Part shown: positions 9,441 through 19,695 of the stretch, piece after piece
Layout of the letters: each line of letters starts with the position of its first letter
Position numbering within the stretch: the stretch's first letter is position 1
NCBI GenBank assembly: GCA_048497915.1
Contig: JBEHYZ010000003.1
Span: 4,299 to 68,298, forward strand
Reading direction: 5' to 3'
Source: Pseudomonadota bacterium
GTDB taxonomy: Bacteria; Pseudomonadota; Alphaproteobacteria; Caulobacterales; Caulobacteraceae
Length of the DNA stretch: 64,000 bases
Program-made: the position numbers and the translations under genes
Notes under the pieces: model-generated
Seen by the model: the letters and a program-made list of their open reading frames with translations, nothing else
Told to the model about the DNA's origin: nothing
The model's database searches: none

Positions 9441-11012
9441 TTATTTAAGCGTCGCCGGCGCCGTCAGGCGCAGGTCGCCGCGGAACAGCGATTTGAGCAG
9501 GTCGGCGTCGCGCAAACCGACAATCGGCATCTTGTCCTGGTAAAGCTCTTCCTGGATCAGGCCGTGCGCCTCGCACAGGTCCAGCGTGTGCGTCAGCAGC
9601 TTGGCGTCATAGTCCCGGGCGACGCCGAAGGTCTTCATGCGGGTGGTGTAGTCCGGACCGTTGGATTTCCCGAGCACATGGTCGATCAGCTTCTTGCGGC
9701 CGCGCGGCCCGTTAAAGCGGTAGAGCGCCGACATCAGCATCTGGGCGGCTTCGGTGACGTCGCTGGAGCGGCCGCGCCCCAGGCAGTTGTCGCAGGTGCC
9801 GCACGCTTCCACGGCCTCCTCGCCGAAGTAGGAACGCACCGACTGCTTGCGGCAGTCCTGGCCCAAAACCATGCGGAAAAAGTCGCGCGCCTTTTCCTTT
9901 TGCACAGCCTGGTCCGGCGCGCCTTCGCCCTCTCTGAGCGTGAGGCGGCGGATCGACCAGCCGAGATCGCCCGAGCCGTAGAAACAGACTCCCGACGCCG
10001 GCAGGCCGTCGCGGCCCGCCCGCCCGACCTCCTGCCAGTAGGCCTCCATCGAGGATGGCGGATCGGCGTGGATGACGAAGCGGACATCTGCCTTGTTGAT
10101 GCCCATGCCGAAAGCGATGGTCGCCACCATGATCTTCGACTTGCCGTTCAGGAAAGCGGCCAGGCGGTCCTCGCGCATCCGGGCGGGCAGGCCGGCGTGG
10201 TAGGCGGCAGCGGAAAAGCCTTCTTTCTTCAGGGCTTCGGCCAGCTTTTCGGTGCCGTCGCGCGACCCGCAATAGATGATGCCGGTGGCGCCCTTCTGCC
10301 GCCTGAGAATCTCGAGGATCGGCTTGGCCGCGCCGCCGGTGCGGCGAACAAAGCGCAAGGAAAGGTTCGGACGGTCGAAGGTCGAAACGATCTCGGCGGC
10401 GTGTTCAATATGCAGCGCCGCCTTGATGTCGGTACGAGTAACGCCGTCGGCGGTAGCCGTAAGCGCCAGGGTCGGCACGCCGGGGAACAGTGACTTGACC
10501 TGGCCCAGTGTGCGGTATTCCGGGCGGAAATCATGGCCCCACTGGCTGATGCAGTGCGCTTCGTCGATGGCGACGAGGTTGATCTTCATCCGGCCGAGAC
10601 GATCCAGCACAAACGGCTGGTTGAAGGCTTCCGGCGACAGGTAGAGCAGGTCGAGTTCGCCGTTACGGGTGGCATCCCAGATGTCGCTGCGCTGGTTGGC
10701 ATCGAGCGTGGAATCGAGCTTGGCGGCGCGCACGCCGCGCTTTTCCAGCGCCTGGACCTGGTCGCTCATCAGGGCGATCAGCGGCGAGATGACGAGGCCG
10801 AGTCCGGGCTGGACGATGGCGGGAATCTGGTAGCAGATACTTTTGCCGCCACCGGTCGGCAGCACCGCCAGTACGTCCTGGCCATTCAGCACCGCCTCGA
10901 TGACGGCGGCCTGCTGACCGCGAAAGGCTTCGTAGCCGAAAACGCTTCTGAGCGTTTCCTGGGCGCGGTCTAAAGCCAAAGCAGGAGGATGGGTAAGCAA
11001 ATCGGCGGTCAT
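9441..11012 (-). CDS. recQ: ATP-dependent DNA helicase RecQ (no HRDC domain visible)
   Basis: [36 protein letters not shown] and the Zn-binding motif CR...CGTCDNC. Confidence 0.92.
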   Translation of the reverse strand: MTADLLTHPPALALDRAQETLRSVFGYEAFRGQQAAVIEAVLNGQDVLAVLPTGGGKSICYQIPAIVQPGLGLVISPLIALMSDQVQALEKRGVRAAKLDSTLDANQRSDIWDATRNGELDLLYLSPEAFNQPFVLDRLGRMKINLVAIDEAHCISQWGHDFRPEYRTLGQVKSLFPGVPTLALTATADGVTRTDIKAALHIEHAAEIVSTFDRPNLSLRFVRRTGGAAKPILEILRRQKGATGIIYCGSRDGTEKLAEALKKEGFSAAAYHAGLPARMREDRLAAFLNGKSKIMVATIAFGMGINKADVRFVIHADPPSSMEAYWQEVGRAGRDGLPASGVCFYGSGDLGWSIRRLTLREGEGAPDQAVQKEKARDFFRMVLGQDCRKQSVRSYFGEEAVEACGTCDNCLGRGRSSDVTEAAQMLMSALYRFNGPRGRKKLIDHVLGKSNGPDYTTRMKTFGVARDYDAKLLTHTLDLCEAHGLIQEELYQDKMPIVGLRDADLLKSLFRGDLRLTAPATLK

Positions 11013-11262
11013 GGTGTCCGAGTAAACTGGGAGTCGGAGAAGAACACCACGCCTTTTGCGGGTAAGCTCTGGAAAATAGCGCGGCCGTATCAAAGCGCAA
11101 GAGGCCGGTTAACCCTTAATTTTGCCAAATTGCGCGCGTTATCTTGATCTCGCGCCGTCGCATATGTTTAACGCGACAGGCGGGGGGATTCCCGATATAA
11201 GTTGTCCCTCTCCAGGGGTGAGAACGCCGCGGTATCGCGGCCAAGCGTTTTAGGAGTCGTGC

Positions 11263-13338
11263 ATGGCGAAGGGCAGTTTCCCGGCGGGGGGCCAGGGAGG
11301 GGGCAAGGGCGGCCGTTCGCTCGTGCATAACCTGCTGTACTGGGGCACTATCGGCGTCATCTGGACCGCCATTTTTTCGGTAGTGTTTATCGGCGTCATG
11401 GCCATCGACCTGCCGGACGTTTCGGCGCTTGATCACCCGCAAAAGCAGCCTTCGATCACCTATCTCGACCGGTCCGGCGCCTTGATCGCCGTGCGTGGCA
11501 GCCAGTCCGCGCCACCGGTCGATATCGACAAGCTGCCGTCCTACGTGCCGCTGGCCTTCGTCGCCATCGAAGACCGTCGCTTCTTCACCCATATGGGCTT
11601 CGATCCGGTCGGCATGGGACGGGCCATCTTCCGCAACCTGATCCGCAAGAAGGGCGCGAACCTGGCCGGTGGCTCCACCATCACCCAGCAGCTGGCGCGC
11701 AACCTGTTCCTGTCGTCCAACCAGAACATGAAGCGCAAGGTGCAGGAAATCATGATCGCGGTGTGGCTTGAGCACAAGTACACCAAGAAGCAGATTCTCG
11801 GCATGTACCTGAACAAGGTCTATTTCGGCGGCGGCGCCACCGGCATCGAGGCGGCGGCGCAGCGCTACTTCAACAAGCCCGCCAAGGACCTGACGATTGG
11901 TGAAGCCGCCATGCTGGCCGGCCTGATGAAGGGGCCGTCGTCCTATTCACCGCTGTCGGACAAGGAACGCGCCGGGCGCCGGGCGCTGATCGTGCTGAAC
12001 GAAATGGTCGATGCCAAGGTGATCACGCCGGAACAGCGCGACGAGGCCGTGCATACGCCGCTCAACGTATCGAAGACACTGGCCACGGCGCACGCGCAGT
12101 ATTTCGTTGACTGGCTGGACTCGCAGATCCGCGGCCTGGTCGATCCGAAGAACACCGAGGACATGATTGTCGAAACGACGCTCGACCTGCCGATCCAGAC
12201 GGATGCCGAGCGCGCCGTCCAGACCATCATGGCGCGTGACGCCAAGAGGGGCGTGCAGCAGGCGGCCGTGGTGTCGGTCGACGGCGAAGGCCGCATCCGC
12301 GCCCTGATTGGCGGGGTGTCCTATGCCGACTCGCAGTTCAATCGCGCCACCAATGCCTTCCGGCAGACCGGTTCGGCGTTCAAGCCGTTCGTCTATCTGA
12401 CCGCCATGGAAGCCGGTTATCAGCCGACGACTCCTGTGGTCGACGAAGCCTATTCGATCGGCGACTGGTCGCCGCAGAATTTCGAGAAGACCTATATGGG
12501 CCTGATCGACCTGCAGACGGCTTTGGCCGAGTCGATCAACACCGTAGCGGCGCGTCTGGCCAACGATGTCGGCCGTGACAAGGTGGCGGCGACGGCGCAC
12601 CGGCTTGGCATAGTCTCCAAGATCAACACCGATCCGGCCATGGCGCTGGGGACGTCGGAAATGTCGCCGATAGAGCTGTCGCAAGCCTATATTCCGTTCT
12701 CCAACGGCGGTTTCAAGGCGACGGCGCACGGCATCATCCGCATCCGCACGAATTCCGGCAAGGTGCTCTATCAGTATCGCGAGTCCAGCCAGGACGGCGG
12801 CCGCGTGCAGGTGATCAACAATCCGCCGCTGCTGGAAATGAACCAGATGCTGCGTGGTGTCGTTCAGCACGGCACCGGCGCGGGTATCAACCTGCCAGCC
12901 TATGATATCGCCGGCAAGACCGGCACCACCAGCGACCACCGTGACGCCTGGTTCGCCGGCTATACGGGCGGCTTCGTCACCGTGGTCTGGGTTGGCCGCG
13001 ACGATAACACTCCGATGAAGAAGGTTACCGGCGGTGCGACTCCGGCGGCGATCTGGAAAACCTACATGGCCAGCGCGCTCAAGCGGATCCAGGTCAGCCC
13101 AATCCCGGTCGGCCCGGCGGATTCGGCGCTCGGCTCGGTGGGTGAAGACGCGTTGCGCAGCCTGCTCGGCACCGAAGCGGACGCCATCCAGGCGTCGGCG
13201 GCTGCCAATGACAACAACGGCCAACCGCCGATCGTCACCATGCAGCCCATCCCGAACCCGGGCGACCAGCCGAAAAAGGAAGATCCGAAGTCGCTGGATG
13301 ACCTGTTCGGGCAGGTGCAGAAGAATAATCAAAGGTAA
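11263..13338 (+). CDS. Class A penicillin-binding protein (PBP1A family transglycosylase/transpeptidase)
   Basis: Transglycosylase motifs EDRRF, GGSTITQQL and RKVQE; transpeptidase motifs SAFK, SIN and KTG; N-terminal TM anchor. Confidence 0.93.
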   Translation: MAKGSFPAGGQGGGKGGRSLVHNLLYWGTIGVIWTAIFSVVFIGVMAIDLPDVSALDHPQKQPSITYLDRSGALIAVRGSQSAPPVDIDKLPSYVPLAFVAIEDRRFFTHMGFDPVGMGRAIFRNLIRKKGANLAGGSTITQQLARNLFLSSNQNMKRKVQEIMIAVWLEHKYTKKQILGMYLNKVYFGGGATGIEAAAQRYFNKPAKDLTIGEAAMLAGLMKGPSSYSPLSDKERAGRRALIVLNEMVDAKVITPEQRDEAVHTPLNVSKTLATAHAQYFVDWLDSQIRGLVDPKNTEDMIVETTLDLPIQTDAERAVQTIMARDAKRGVQQAAVVSVDGEGRIRALIGGVSYADSQFNRATNAFRQTGSAFKPFVYLTAMEAGYQPTTPVVDEAYSIGDWSPQNFEKTYMGLIDLQTALAESINTVAARLANDVGRDKVAATAHRLGIVSKINTDPAMALGTSEMSPIELSQAYIPFSNGGFKATAHGIIRIRTNSGKVLYQYRESSQDGGRVQVINNPPLLEMNQMLRGVVQHGTGAGINLPAYDIAGKTGTTSDHRDAWFAGYTGGFVTVVWVGRDDNTPMKKVTGGATPAAIWKTYMASALKRIQVSPIPVGPADSALGSVGEDALRSLLGTEADAIQASAAANDNNGQPPIVTMQPIPNPGDQPKKEDPKSLDDLFGQVQKNNQR

Positions 13339-13343
13339 GGTTG

Positions 13344-13511
13344 AAGTCGTGGGCCGCAGGCCCCACACCCCGAAACGCGTCCGAGTGCGGGGCAAACTTT
13401 ATACATCAATAAAAAGAGGGCCCCACTTCGGAGGCCCTCCTTTTATTGATGTGCGAAGCTCGATCCATACTCCGTCGAGTTATGGGTGTGGGGTCTGTGA
13501 CCCCACGACTT
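13344..13511. repeat. Nested inverted-repeat element (REPIN/MITE-like) containing a bidirectional terminator
   Basis: Outer ~27-bp imperfect IR, AAGTCGTGGGCCGCAGGCCCCACACCC / GGGTGTGGGGTCTGTGACCCCACGACTT. Inner 20-bp IR at 13403-13422 / 13433-13452 with one mismatch. Confidence 0.75.
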
Positions 13512-14274
13512 AAGCATACTTGAATAATTCGTGCCCGTGCTTCTTCAGCCAGTCTCGCGCCGCTTTATATGGCCCGAAGATTTCCGTCACCGTCGCCCAG
13601 AAGGCCGGGCTGTGGTCCGCGTGGCGCAGGTGCGCGCATTCGTGCGCCGCCAGGTAACCAAGCACCTGAGGCGGCGCCAGGATAATCCGCCAGCTGTAAC
13701 GGATGGTCTTGCGCGAGGGTGTGCAGGAGCCCCAGCGTGCCTTGGCGTCGAACAGCGATATCTTCACGCCTGAGACCCCCAGCCGCGTGCTGAACTTGTC
13801 CGTTTCCGCCTGGAGCGTCGACATGGCCTGTTGGCGCAGGTAGCGTTCGATGCGACGGGCATAGGTCGCCCCGTCGCCGCTGCTGACCAGATGCCAGGAC
13901 CCGTCCGCCTGCTGCTCCGGTCGGGCCGACAGCACACCGGGCCGGGCGGCCAGCGTCACCGCGTGGCCGCGGATGGTCAGGGCCATGCCCGGCGCGAAAG
14001 CCTGCGGCGCGGACTGGCCCGCCCGTTTGGAAATGATCCACTCATGGCGGCTGTGGGCGAATTCAACGGCTTCGGTCAGGTTGCGGATGCGCGGCGCGGT
14101 GACGACGGCGTCGCCGGTCTTGTTGTCGATGCGCAGGCTGATCCGCCGGGCGCGCTGGTTGACCTTCAGCCGCAGCTTATACTCGCCGCAGTCGATCTCC
14201 TGGCCGGGCAGATAGGGCGCAGCCGGTTCCCGCCTGAGAATCTGCGAGAACCCCTTCAGCCCTAATGGCTTCAT
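13510..14274 (-). CDS. M48/YgjP (SprT-like, DUF45) zinc metallo-hydrolase
   Basis: RWGSC, YSWRI and AAHECAHLRHADHSPAFW. Confidence 0.88.
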   Translation of the reverse strand: MKPLGLKGFSQILRREPAAPYLPGQEIDCGEYKLRLKVNQRARRISLRIDNKTGDAVVTAPRIRNLTEAVEFAHSRHEWIISKRAGQSAPQAFAPGMALTIRGHAVTLAARPGVLSARPEQQADGSWHLVSSGDGATYARRIERYLRQQAMSTLQAETDKFSTRLGVSGVKISLFDAKARWGSCTPSRKTIRYSWRIILAPPQVLGYLAAHECAHLRHADHSPAFWATVTEIFGPYKAARDWLKKHGHELFKYA

Positions 14275-15521
14275 GCCAGCACGTCGTTGGCGGCGATAAA
14301 GTCGCGGATGCGCGGATAGATCTCATCGCGGAAGCGGCGGCCGTTGAACACGCCGTAGTGGCCGGCGCCCTTCTGGACATAGAGTTCCTTCATTGTGTCC
14401 GGAATGTTCGGACACATGGCGTGGGCGGCCTGGGTCTGGCCGACGCCGGAGATATCGTCCTTCTCGCCCTCGACGGTCATCAGGGCGACATCGGTGATGG
14501 CGCGCGGGTCGACGGTGCGGCCTTCGTGGACCAGTTCACCCTTCGGCAGGGCGAACTTCTGGAACACCAGGTCGATGGTCTGGAGATAGAATTCCTCGGT
14601 CAGGTCGAGGACCGACAGGTATTCGTCGTAGAATTCCAGGTGCTTGTTGGCGCCGTCGCCGTCGTTTTCGACCAGCGAATTAAAATAATCCCAATGGGCG
14701 TCGGTGTGGCGCTCCTCGTTCATGCTCATGAACGAATAGAGCTGCACGAAGCCCGGATAGACGCGGCGGCCCACGCCCGGATAGGGCGGCGGTACGGTGT
14801 GGATCATGTTCGACCGGAACCAGGTGAACGGCTTTTCCTGAGCCAGGTTATTGGTCACGGTCGGGTTGAAGCGGGCGTCGATCGGCGAGCCCATGAAGGT
14901 CATTGAGGCCGGACGGTTCGGATCGTTGTCCTGGCTCATCAGACAGGCCGCGGCCAGCACCGGCGGTCCCGGCTGACAGACACCGACGACGTGGACGCGG
15001 CTGCCGATGAAATGCAGCATGTCACGGATGTGATTGACGAAGGAATGGAAGTCGAAACGGCCTTCCAGCACCGGCACCTGACGAGCATTGATCCAGTCGG
15101 TGATATAGACGTCGTGATCGAGCAGGAATTGCTGAACCGTGCCGCGCAGCAGGGTGGCGTAGTGGCCCGACAAAGGCGCGACGATCAGCACGGCCGGGGC
15201 CGAGGTCTTCTTGCCGGCGCGGCGCAGGTCGGAATTGTCACGCTGGAAGCGGAGCAGCTTGCACCACGGGCTCTGCCAGTCCTCGACGACCTGGACGCGG
15301 ACCGGATGGCCGTTGATATCGACGCTGTCGATGCCCCATTCCGGCTTCCCGTAACGCTTGGTGACGTTGGAGAACAGTTCCGCCGAGGCGTAAAGCGTGC
15401 GGCCGAGCGCCGTATCGGACGCCGGGTTGAGCTTCGAGCCCCAGAAATCCCGCGTCATCTGTGCGATCGCGCGGAAGGGCGCGGCGCTGTAGTAGGCGTA
15501 CTCGTGCAACGAATAGAGCAT
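14271..15521 (-). CDS. phaZ: Intracellular polyhydroxyalkanoate depolymerase
   Basis: VAPLSGHYATLLR, VGVCQPG (catalytic Cys), EGEKDDISG and GHYGVFNG. Confidence 0.92.
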   Translation of the reverse strand: MLYSLHEYAYYSAAPFRAIAQMTRDFWGSKLNPASDTALGRTLYASAELFSNVTKRYGKPEWGIDSVDINGHPVRVQVVEDWQSPWCKLLRFQRDNSDLRRAGKKTSAPAVLIVAPLSGHYATLLRGTVQQFLLDHDVYITDWINARQVPVLEGRFDFHSFVNHIRDMLHFIGSRVHVVGVCQPGPPVLAAACLMSQDNDPNRPASMTFMGSPIDARFNPTVTNNLAQEKPFTWFRSNMIHTVPPPYPGVGRRVYPGFVQLYSFMSMNEERHTDAHWDYFNSLVENDGDGANKHLEFYDEYLSVLDLTEEFYLQTIDLVFQKFALPKGELVHEGRTVDPRAITDVALMTVEGEKDDISGVGQTQAAHAMCPNIPDTMKELYVQKGAGHYGVFNGRRFRDEIYPRIRDFIAANDVLA

Positions 15522-15626
15522 TCAGGCGACCTAAGCAGTTACTGTTATAACCCAGCTAACACTAACACGGCAAAGCTGCCAATTGGTTACGAACCCGTCC
15601 ACCATATTGTGATACAACGGTGATAA

Positions 15627-15641
15627 TTGTGCAATGCACAA
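15627..15641. promoter_or_regulatory. Putative PhaR/AniA operator upstream of phaZ
   Basis: Perfect palindrome TTGTGCA-A-TGCACAA containing the TGC-N3-GCA core typical of PhaR sites. Confidence 0.55.
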
Positions 15642-15666
15642 AAATTTGAAATTTTAGCGACGGGGC

Positions 15667-16293
15667 TCAGTACGGGTCGCGCATGATGGCCTTGACCATG
15701 GCTGCGCTCTTGTCGGTCGGCAGGTCCTCGGTCAACACCGATGCGTATTCCCCCTTGGGATTCATCAGGAAAATCGACGCCGAGTGGTTGAAGGTATAGC
15801 CACCCGCCTTGCCCTCCTGGCGCTCGGCGGTAACGCCATAGGCCTTTTCGGCGACATCGACCTGGCTTTGGCTGCCCGTCAGGCCGATCACGCCCTGTGG
15901 AAAGCCGCCGCTGTCGAGATAGGCTTTCAGGGCGTCCGGCGTATCGCGGGCCGGATCGACGGTGATGAAGACGATCTGCAGATCCTTGCTCTTGTCGCCC
16001 ATGGCCTTTTTCGTCTGAGCCAGCGACTGCAGGGTCAGCGGGCAGATGTCCGGGCAATAGGTGTAGCCGAAGAATACCGCCGTCCATTTGCCTGCCAGGA
16101 CCGACTGGTCGACCGTCTTGCCGTTTTGATCGACCAGGGTGAACGGCCCGCCGATTTTGACGTTGGGATTGTTCGGATCGACCTGCGAGGTCGAGGCGCG
16201 CGGCGCGTTCAGCGTCTGGTACCAGCTGGCGCCCGCCAGCCCCGCCAGGGCGACGAAGGCGACAACGATGATCCAGATGCGTATTTTTGTCAT
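15667..16293 (-). CDS. senC: SCO1/SenC copper chaperone
   Basis: FGYTYCPDICP, ITVDPARD and a conserved His (NHS); N-terminal TM helix. Confidence 0.9.
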   Translation of the reverse strand: MTKIRIWIIVVAFVALAGLAGASWYQTLNAPRASTSQVDPNNPNVKIGGPFTLVDQNGKTVDQSVLAGKWTAVFFGYTYCPDICPLTLQSLAQTKKAMGDKSKDLQIVFITVDPARDTPDALKAYLDSGGFPQGVIGLTGSQSQVDVAEKAYGVTAERQEGKAGGYTFNHSASIFLMNPKGEYASVLTEDLPTDKSAAMVKAIMRDPY

Positions 16294-16356
16294 CTCTTTC
16301 GCACCGCCTCGGGCTGGTATAGGGGAAAGCACGGACGAACCTGCAAGGCCCATCGA

Positions 16357-17757
16357 ATGGAGCGGACCCTAGACCGGCTCAACGCCTTTTTCAACGGCGA
16401 CAATGCCGCACCCGACACCCCCCTGACTGTCGAGGGCGATCGCGACCGGCTGCGGCTGCGTACCTTGGTGCGGCTGCGCTGGCTGGCCATCCTGGGGCAG
16501 ACCATCATGGTGATGCTGATCGCCTTCGGCTTCGGATTCCATGTCCGGCTGTGGTTGTGCATGGCGGTGATCCTGGCCAGCGTGTGGCTGAATGTGGTGC
16601 TGACCCTGGCCCACCGGACGCGGGCGCAGCTGCACAGCTGGGAGGCGGCCTTGCAGCTGTCGTTCGACGCCGTGCAGCTGACGGCGCTGCTTGGGGTGAC
16701 GGGCGGGCTCAACAATCCGTTCTGCCTGATGCTGGTGGCGCCGGCGACCGTGGCCGCGGCCAACCTGCCGACACGGCATGGCATTATCGTGGTCGGAGTC
16801 TGTCTGGCGGCGACGATCGCGCTGGCCTTCTGGTCGCTGGAGCTGCCGTGGCTGCCCGGGCAGGCGTTTCAGCTGCCGGACATCTACCGGGTCGGATTCC
16901 TGTGCGCCATCCTGGTCGGCATCGTGTTCACAGCCGGCTATTCGTGGCAGGCAGCGCTGGAGTCGGCGCGCATGGAGCAGGCGCTGGCCGCCACCCAGGC
17001 CGTACTGGAAAAGGAAACCCGCCTGAGCGCGCTGGGCGGGCTGGCGGCGGCGGCGGCGCATGAACTGGGCACCCCGCTGGGGACCATCCAGGTGGTCGCC
17101 AAGGAGATGCTGCACAGCCTGGACAAAAGCCATCCGCTCTATGACGATGCCGAGCTTCTGGTGTCGCAGAGTCAGCGCTGCCGGGATATCCTGAAAGGCC
17201 TGGCGGCCAAGCCGGAACAGCGCGATTCCGTTTATGACCAGATTCCGCTGATGACCTTCCTGGAAGCCGCGGCCGAGCCTTATCGCTCCAGCCGCAAGGC
17301 CATCGACATCGCCATCGACGCGCCGGAAGGCACTACCAACCTCAGCATCCGCCGCCGGCCGGAATGGCTGCATGCCTTGTCGGCCTTCATCGAGAACGCC
17401 ACCGATTTTGCCCGCACGACCGTCTATGTCCGTGTCGAGGTCCGTCCCGCCTATGTCAGCCTGACCGTGGAAGACGACGGGCCGGGATTCGCGCCGGACA
17501 TATTGTCGCGGTTGGGCGAACCCTACATCTCGTCGCGGGAGTATGGCGAAGACGAGGCTTTGCCCGCCGGAAAGGCTGCCGGGCAAAGCCATTCCGGCAT
17601 GGGACTGGGCTTCTTTATCGCCAAGACCTTGTGCGAACATACGGGCGCGCGGGTCAGTTTCGGCAACCGCGAGGAAGGTGGCGCTTACGTCAAGGTCTTG
17701 TGGCGGCGGGACCGAGGGGATATTTTAATCGCCGACGACGCGGCCATGTTACCTTAG
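16357..17757 (+). CDS. regB: RegB/PrrB/ActS (SpdS) redox sensor histidine kinase
   Basis: RLRWLAILGQ, quinone-binding GGLNNPF, H-box AHELGTPL, redox Cys in QRCRDIL, DDGPGF and GMGLG. Confidence 0.93.
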   Translation: MERTLDRLNAFFNGDNAAPDTPLTVEGDRDRLRLRTLVRLRWLAILGQTIMVMLIAFGFGFHVRLWLCMAVILASVWLNVVLTLAHRTRAQLHSWEAALQLSFDAVQLTALLGVTGGLNNPFCLMLVAPATVAAANLPTRHGIIVVGVCLAATIALAFWSLELPWLPGQAFQLPDIYRVGFLCAILVGIVFTAGYSWQAALESARMEQALAATQAVLEKETRLSALGGLAAAAAHELGTPLGTIQVVAKEMLHSLDKSHPLYDDAELLVSQSQRCRDILKGLAAKPEQRDSVYDQIPLMTFLEAAAEPYRSSRKAIDIAIDAPEGTTNLSIRRRPEWLHALSAFIENATDFARTTVYVRVEVRPAYVSLTVEDDGPGFAPDILSRLGEPYISSREYGEDEALPAGKAAGQSHSGMGLGFFIAKTLCEHTGARVSFGNREEGGAYVKVLWRRDRGDILIADDAAMLP

Positions 17758-17783
17758 ATATTCAGGTCCGCGCGGAGGTTACC

Positions 17784-18374
17784 ATGGCCGATGAGCCGCA
17801 CGTTGATGACTCGCTGAAAAGCGCCATTGCCGCCAAGCTGGCGGGGATTACCGATAAATCGCTGCTGGTCATGGATGACGATGCGCCGTTCCGCAACCGG
17901 CTGGCGCGGGCGCTGGAAGCGCGCGGCTTCGCGGTGGTGGCGGCCGAAAGCATCCAGCAGGCGCTGGACATTATCGAGAAGACGCCGCCGGCCTTTGCCG
18001 TGATGGATATGCGGCTGGAAGACGGCAACGGTCTGAAGGCGGTCGAGGCGCTGCATAAGAAACGGCCGGACGCCAAGGCGATCATGCTGACCGGCTACGG
18101 CAATATCGCTACGGCGGTAGCGGCGGTGAAGTCGGGTGCGGTCGACTATCTCTCCAAGCCCGCCGATGCCGACGATGTGGTCAAGGCGCTGCTGGTGGTC
18201 GAGGATCATGCGCCGCCGCCGCCGGAGAACCCGATGTCGGCCGACCGGGTGCGCTGGGAGCACATCCAGCGGGTCTATGCCCTGTGCGGGCAGAATGTCT
18301 CGGAAACGGCGCGACGGTTGAATATGCACCGGCGCACACTCCAGCGCATTTTGGCGAAACGCGCCCCCAAATGA
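17784..18374 (+). CDS. regA: RegA/PrrA/ActR (SpdR) response regulator
   Basis: Receiver domain plus PPPENPMSADRVRWEHIQRVY...NVSETARRLNMHRRTLQRILAKRAP. Confidence 0.95.
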   Translation: MADEPHVDDSLKSAIAAKLAGITDKSLLVMDDDAPFRNRLARALEARGFAVVAAESIQQALDIIEKTPPAFAVMDMRLEDGNGLKAVEALHKKRPDAKAIMLTGYGNIATAVAAVKSGAVDYLSKPADADDVVKALLVVEDHAPPPPENPMSADRVRWEHIQRVYALCGQNVSETARRLNMHRRTLQRILAKRAPK

Positions 18375-18485
18375 CCTAAGCTCGACACACCATGCCGGCT
18401 TATGTCGGTTTGGGTGTTTGTATCAGGACCTTTGTCAACTGGGAATTGTGGGCTATACTACCGCCTCGGACTTGAGGAGGGTGTC

Positions 18486-18839
18486 ATGTTTCGTTTCGCC
18501 AGCGTTGCTTTGCTTGCCGTAGTGGTTTTGTCGGCGGGCCCCGCCCTTGCCGTCAAGGCGCCTCCCCTCACGCCGTCCACTCCTCCGCGCCCGTCTGTCG
18601 ACAATTATCCGGACAGGGCCGCCAAAGCGCACGTTGAAGGCTGGGCGAAGGTGCAGTGTACGGTCCAGGCGACGGGCCGTCTTGCTGATTGCGTCGTTCT
18701 GGCTGAAGCGCCGCAGGGCTATGGTTTCGGTGCGGCCACCGTTAAATCGGCGACGGAAACGGGCAAGGCCGATCTCAGCAAGGACGGCCCTGGCAAGCGC
18801 GTAGTGATAACCTCGCAATTCGCGCTTCCCGGGCGGTAG
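18486..18839 (+). CDS. Small secreted TonB C-terminal domain protein
   Basis: Signal peptide, then YPDRAAKAHVEG-(x)-VQCTV-(x)-GRLADCVV-(x)-GFGAA. Confidence 0.75.
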   Translation: MFRFASVALLAVVVLSAGPALAVKAPPLTPSTPPRPSVDNYPDRAAKAHVEGWAKVQCTVQATGRLADCVVLAEAPQGYGFGAATVKSATETGKADLSKDGPGKRVVITSQFALPGR

Positions 18840-18848
18840 AAGGGTACT

Positions 18849-19202
18849 TTAATAGGTTCGCGTGTTGAACCACGGCCGCCAGCGAGCGCAGGTAACGGGA
18901 AATATCTGATCGCGAGCGGCGGTATTGCCATTGAAGAAGCCCTCCATAACGATCCCTGCCCGCAATGCATCGGATGAAAACCACAGCGTTCCACCAATGG
19001 CGACCTCCTGGCCAGGAAAGGCGCACGGAACATAAAAGTCGAACATCTCGCCCTTGCGACGTGGCCCGCGCCAGCTTTGGCAGACGCGTGTCGTCAAGCG
19101 GGCGCGTCGGTGTTCCGGCTGGAAATCGACCGCGAGAATTTCGACCTGAACGTGACTTTCGGCCGTGCGGCGGGCTTCGAGATAGGCTTCGGGTGGCAGC
19201 AT
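18849..19202 (-). CDS. Hypothetical protein; paralogue of 19204-19644 without a signal peptide
   Basis: Shares LEAR, SHVQVE, FDFxVPCAF, GGTLWF, EGxFxGNTAxRDQ and RPW with its neighbour. Confidence 0.7.
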   Translation of the reverse strand: MLPPEAYLEARRTAESHVQVEILAVDFQPEHRRARLTTRVCQSWRGPRRKGEMFDFYVPCAFPGQEVAIGGTLWFSSDALRAGIVMEGFFNGNTAARDQIFPVTCARWRPWFNTRTY

Positions 19203-19203
19203 C

Positions 19204-19644
19204 CTACATCTCCAAATCGCAGGCTTCGTGCGTCGTGTCGCACCACGGCCGGGCACGCGGATAGGGCACTTCGAACACCTGGTCGCGCACAGCGGTATTG
19301 CCGTCGAAATAACCTTCCAGAATCATGTGCAGGTGGATGTCAGCGGCGCGGAACCAGAGGGTACCGCCGGTCGGCAGTTCGTCCCCGGCAAAGGCGCACG
19401 GCACGTCGAAATCGAACCCGCTGCCGGCTTTGGGAATGGGGTGTCCGTTTTGCGGCCAGGCATTACGTACGACCGTGCGGAGGTGGCAGGTGTGGGCCGC
19501 CTTGTCGCGGACGATGCTCCAGACCTCGACTTGAACGTGGCTTTGCGCCTCGGCGCGGGCTTCGAGCAGATATTTCGGGGCGATGGCGGCTTGGGCAGGC
19601 ACGGCCAAGACGGCGATCAGCAGGACGAGAAGGGGGATTTTCAT
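19204..19644 (-). CDS. Secreted hypothetical protein; paralogue of 18849-19202
   Basis: Signal peptide MKIPLLVLLIAVLAVPAQA; GGAG RBS; four Cys. Confidence 0.72.
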   Translation of the reverse strand: MKIPLLVLLIAVLAVPAQAAIAPKYLLEARAEAQSHVQVEVWSIVRDKAAHTCHLRTVVRNAWPQNGHPIPKAGSGFDFDVPCAFAGDELPTGGTLWFRAADIHLHMILEGYFDGNTAVRDQVFEVPYPRARPWCDTTHEACDLEM

Positions 19645-19695
19645 GACTTTCTCCGGTTCGACACAGACGTAGGCGTGTGCCGCCGGATTTTCGGG

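Noticed and set aside
15784-16356. Long N-terminal extension of the RegB ORF in the track; similar over-extended starts for regA, sdhD, dgkA, recQ, priA and the methyltransferase
   Set aside because: The extensions overlap neighbouring genes or repeats. Downstream starts match family N-termini or RBS positions better.
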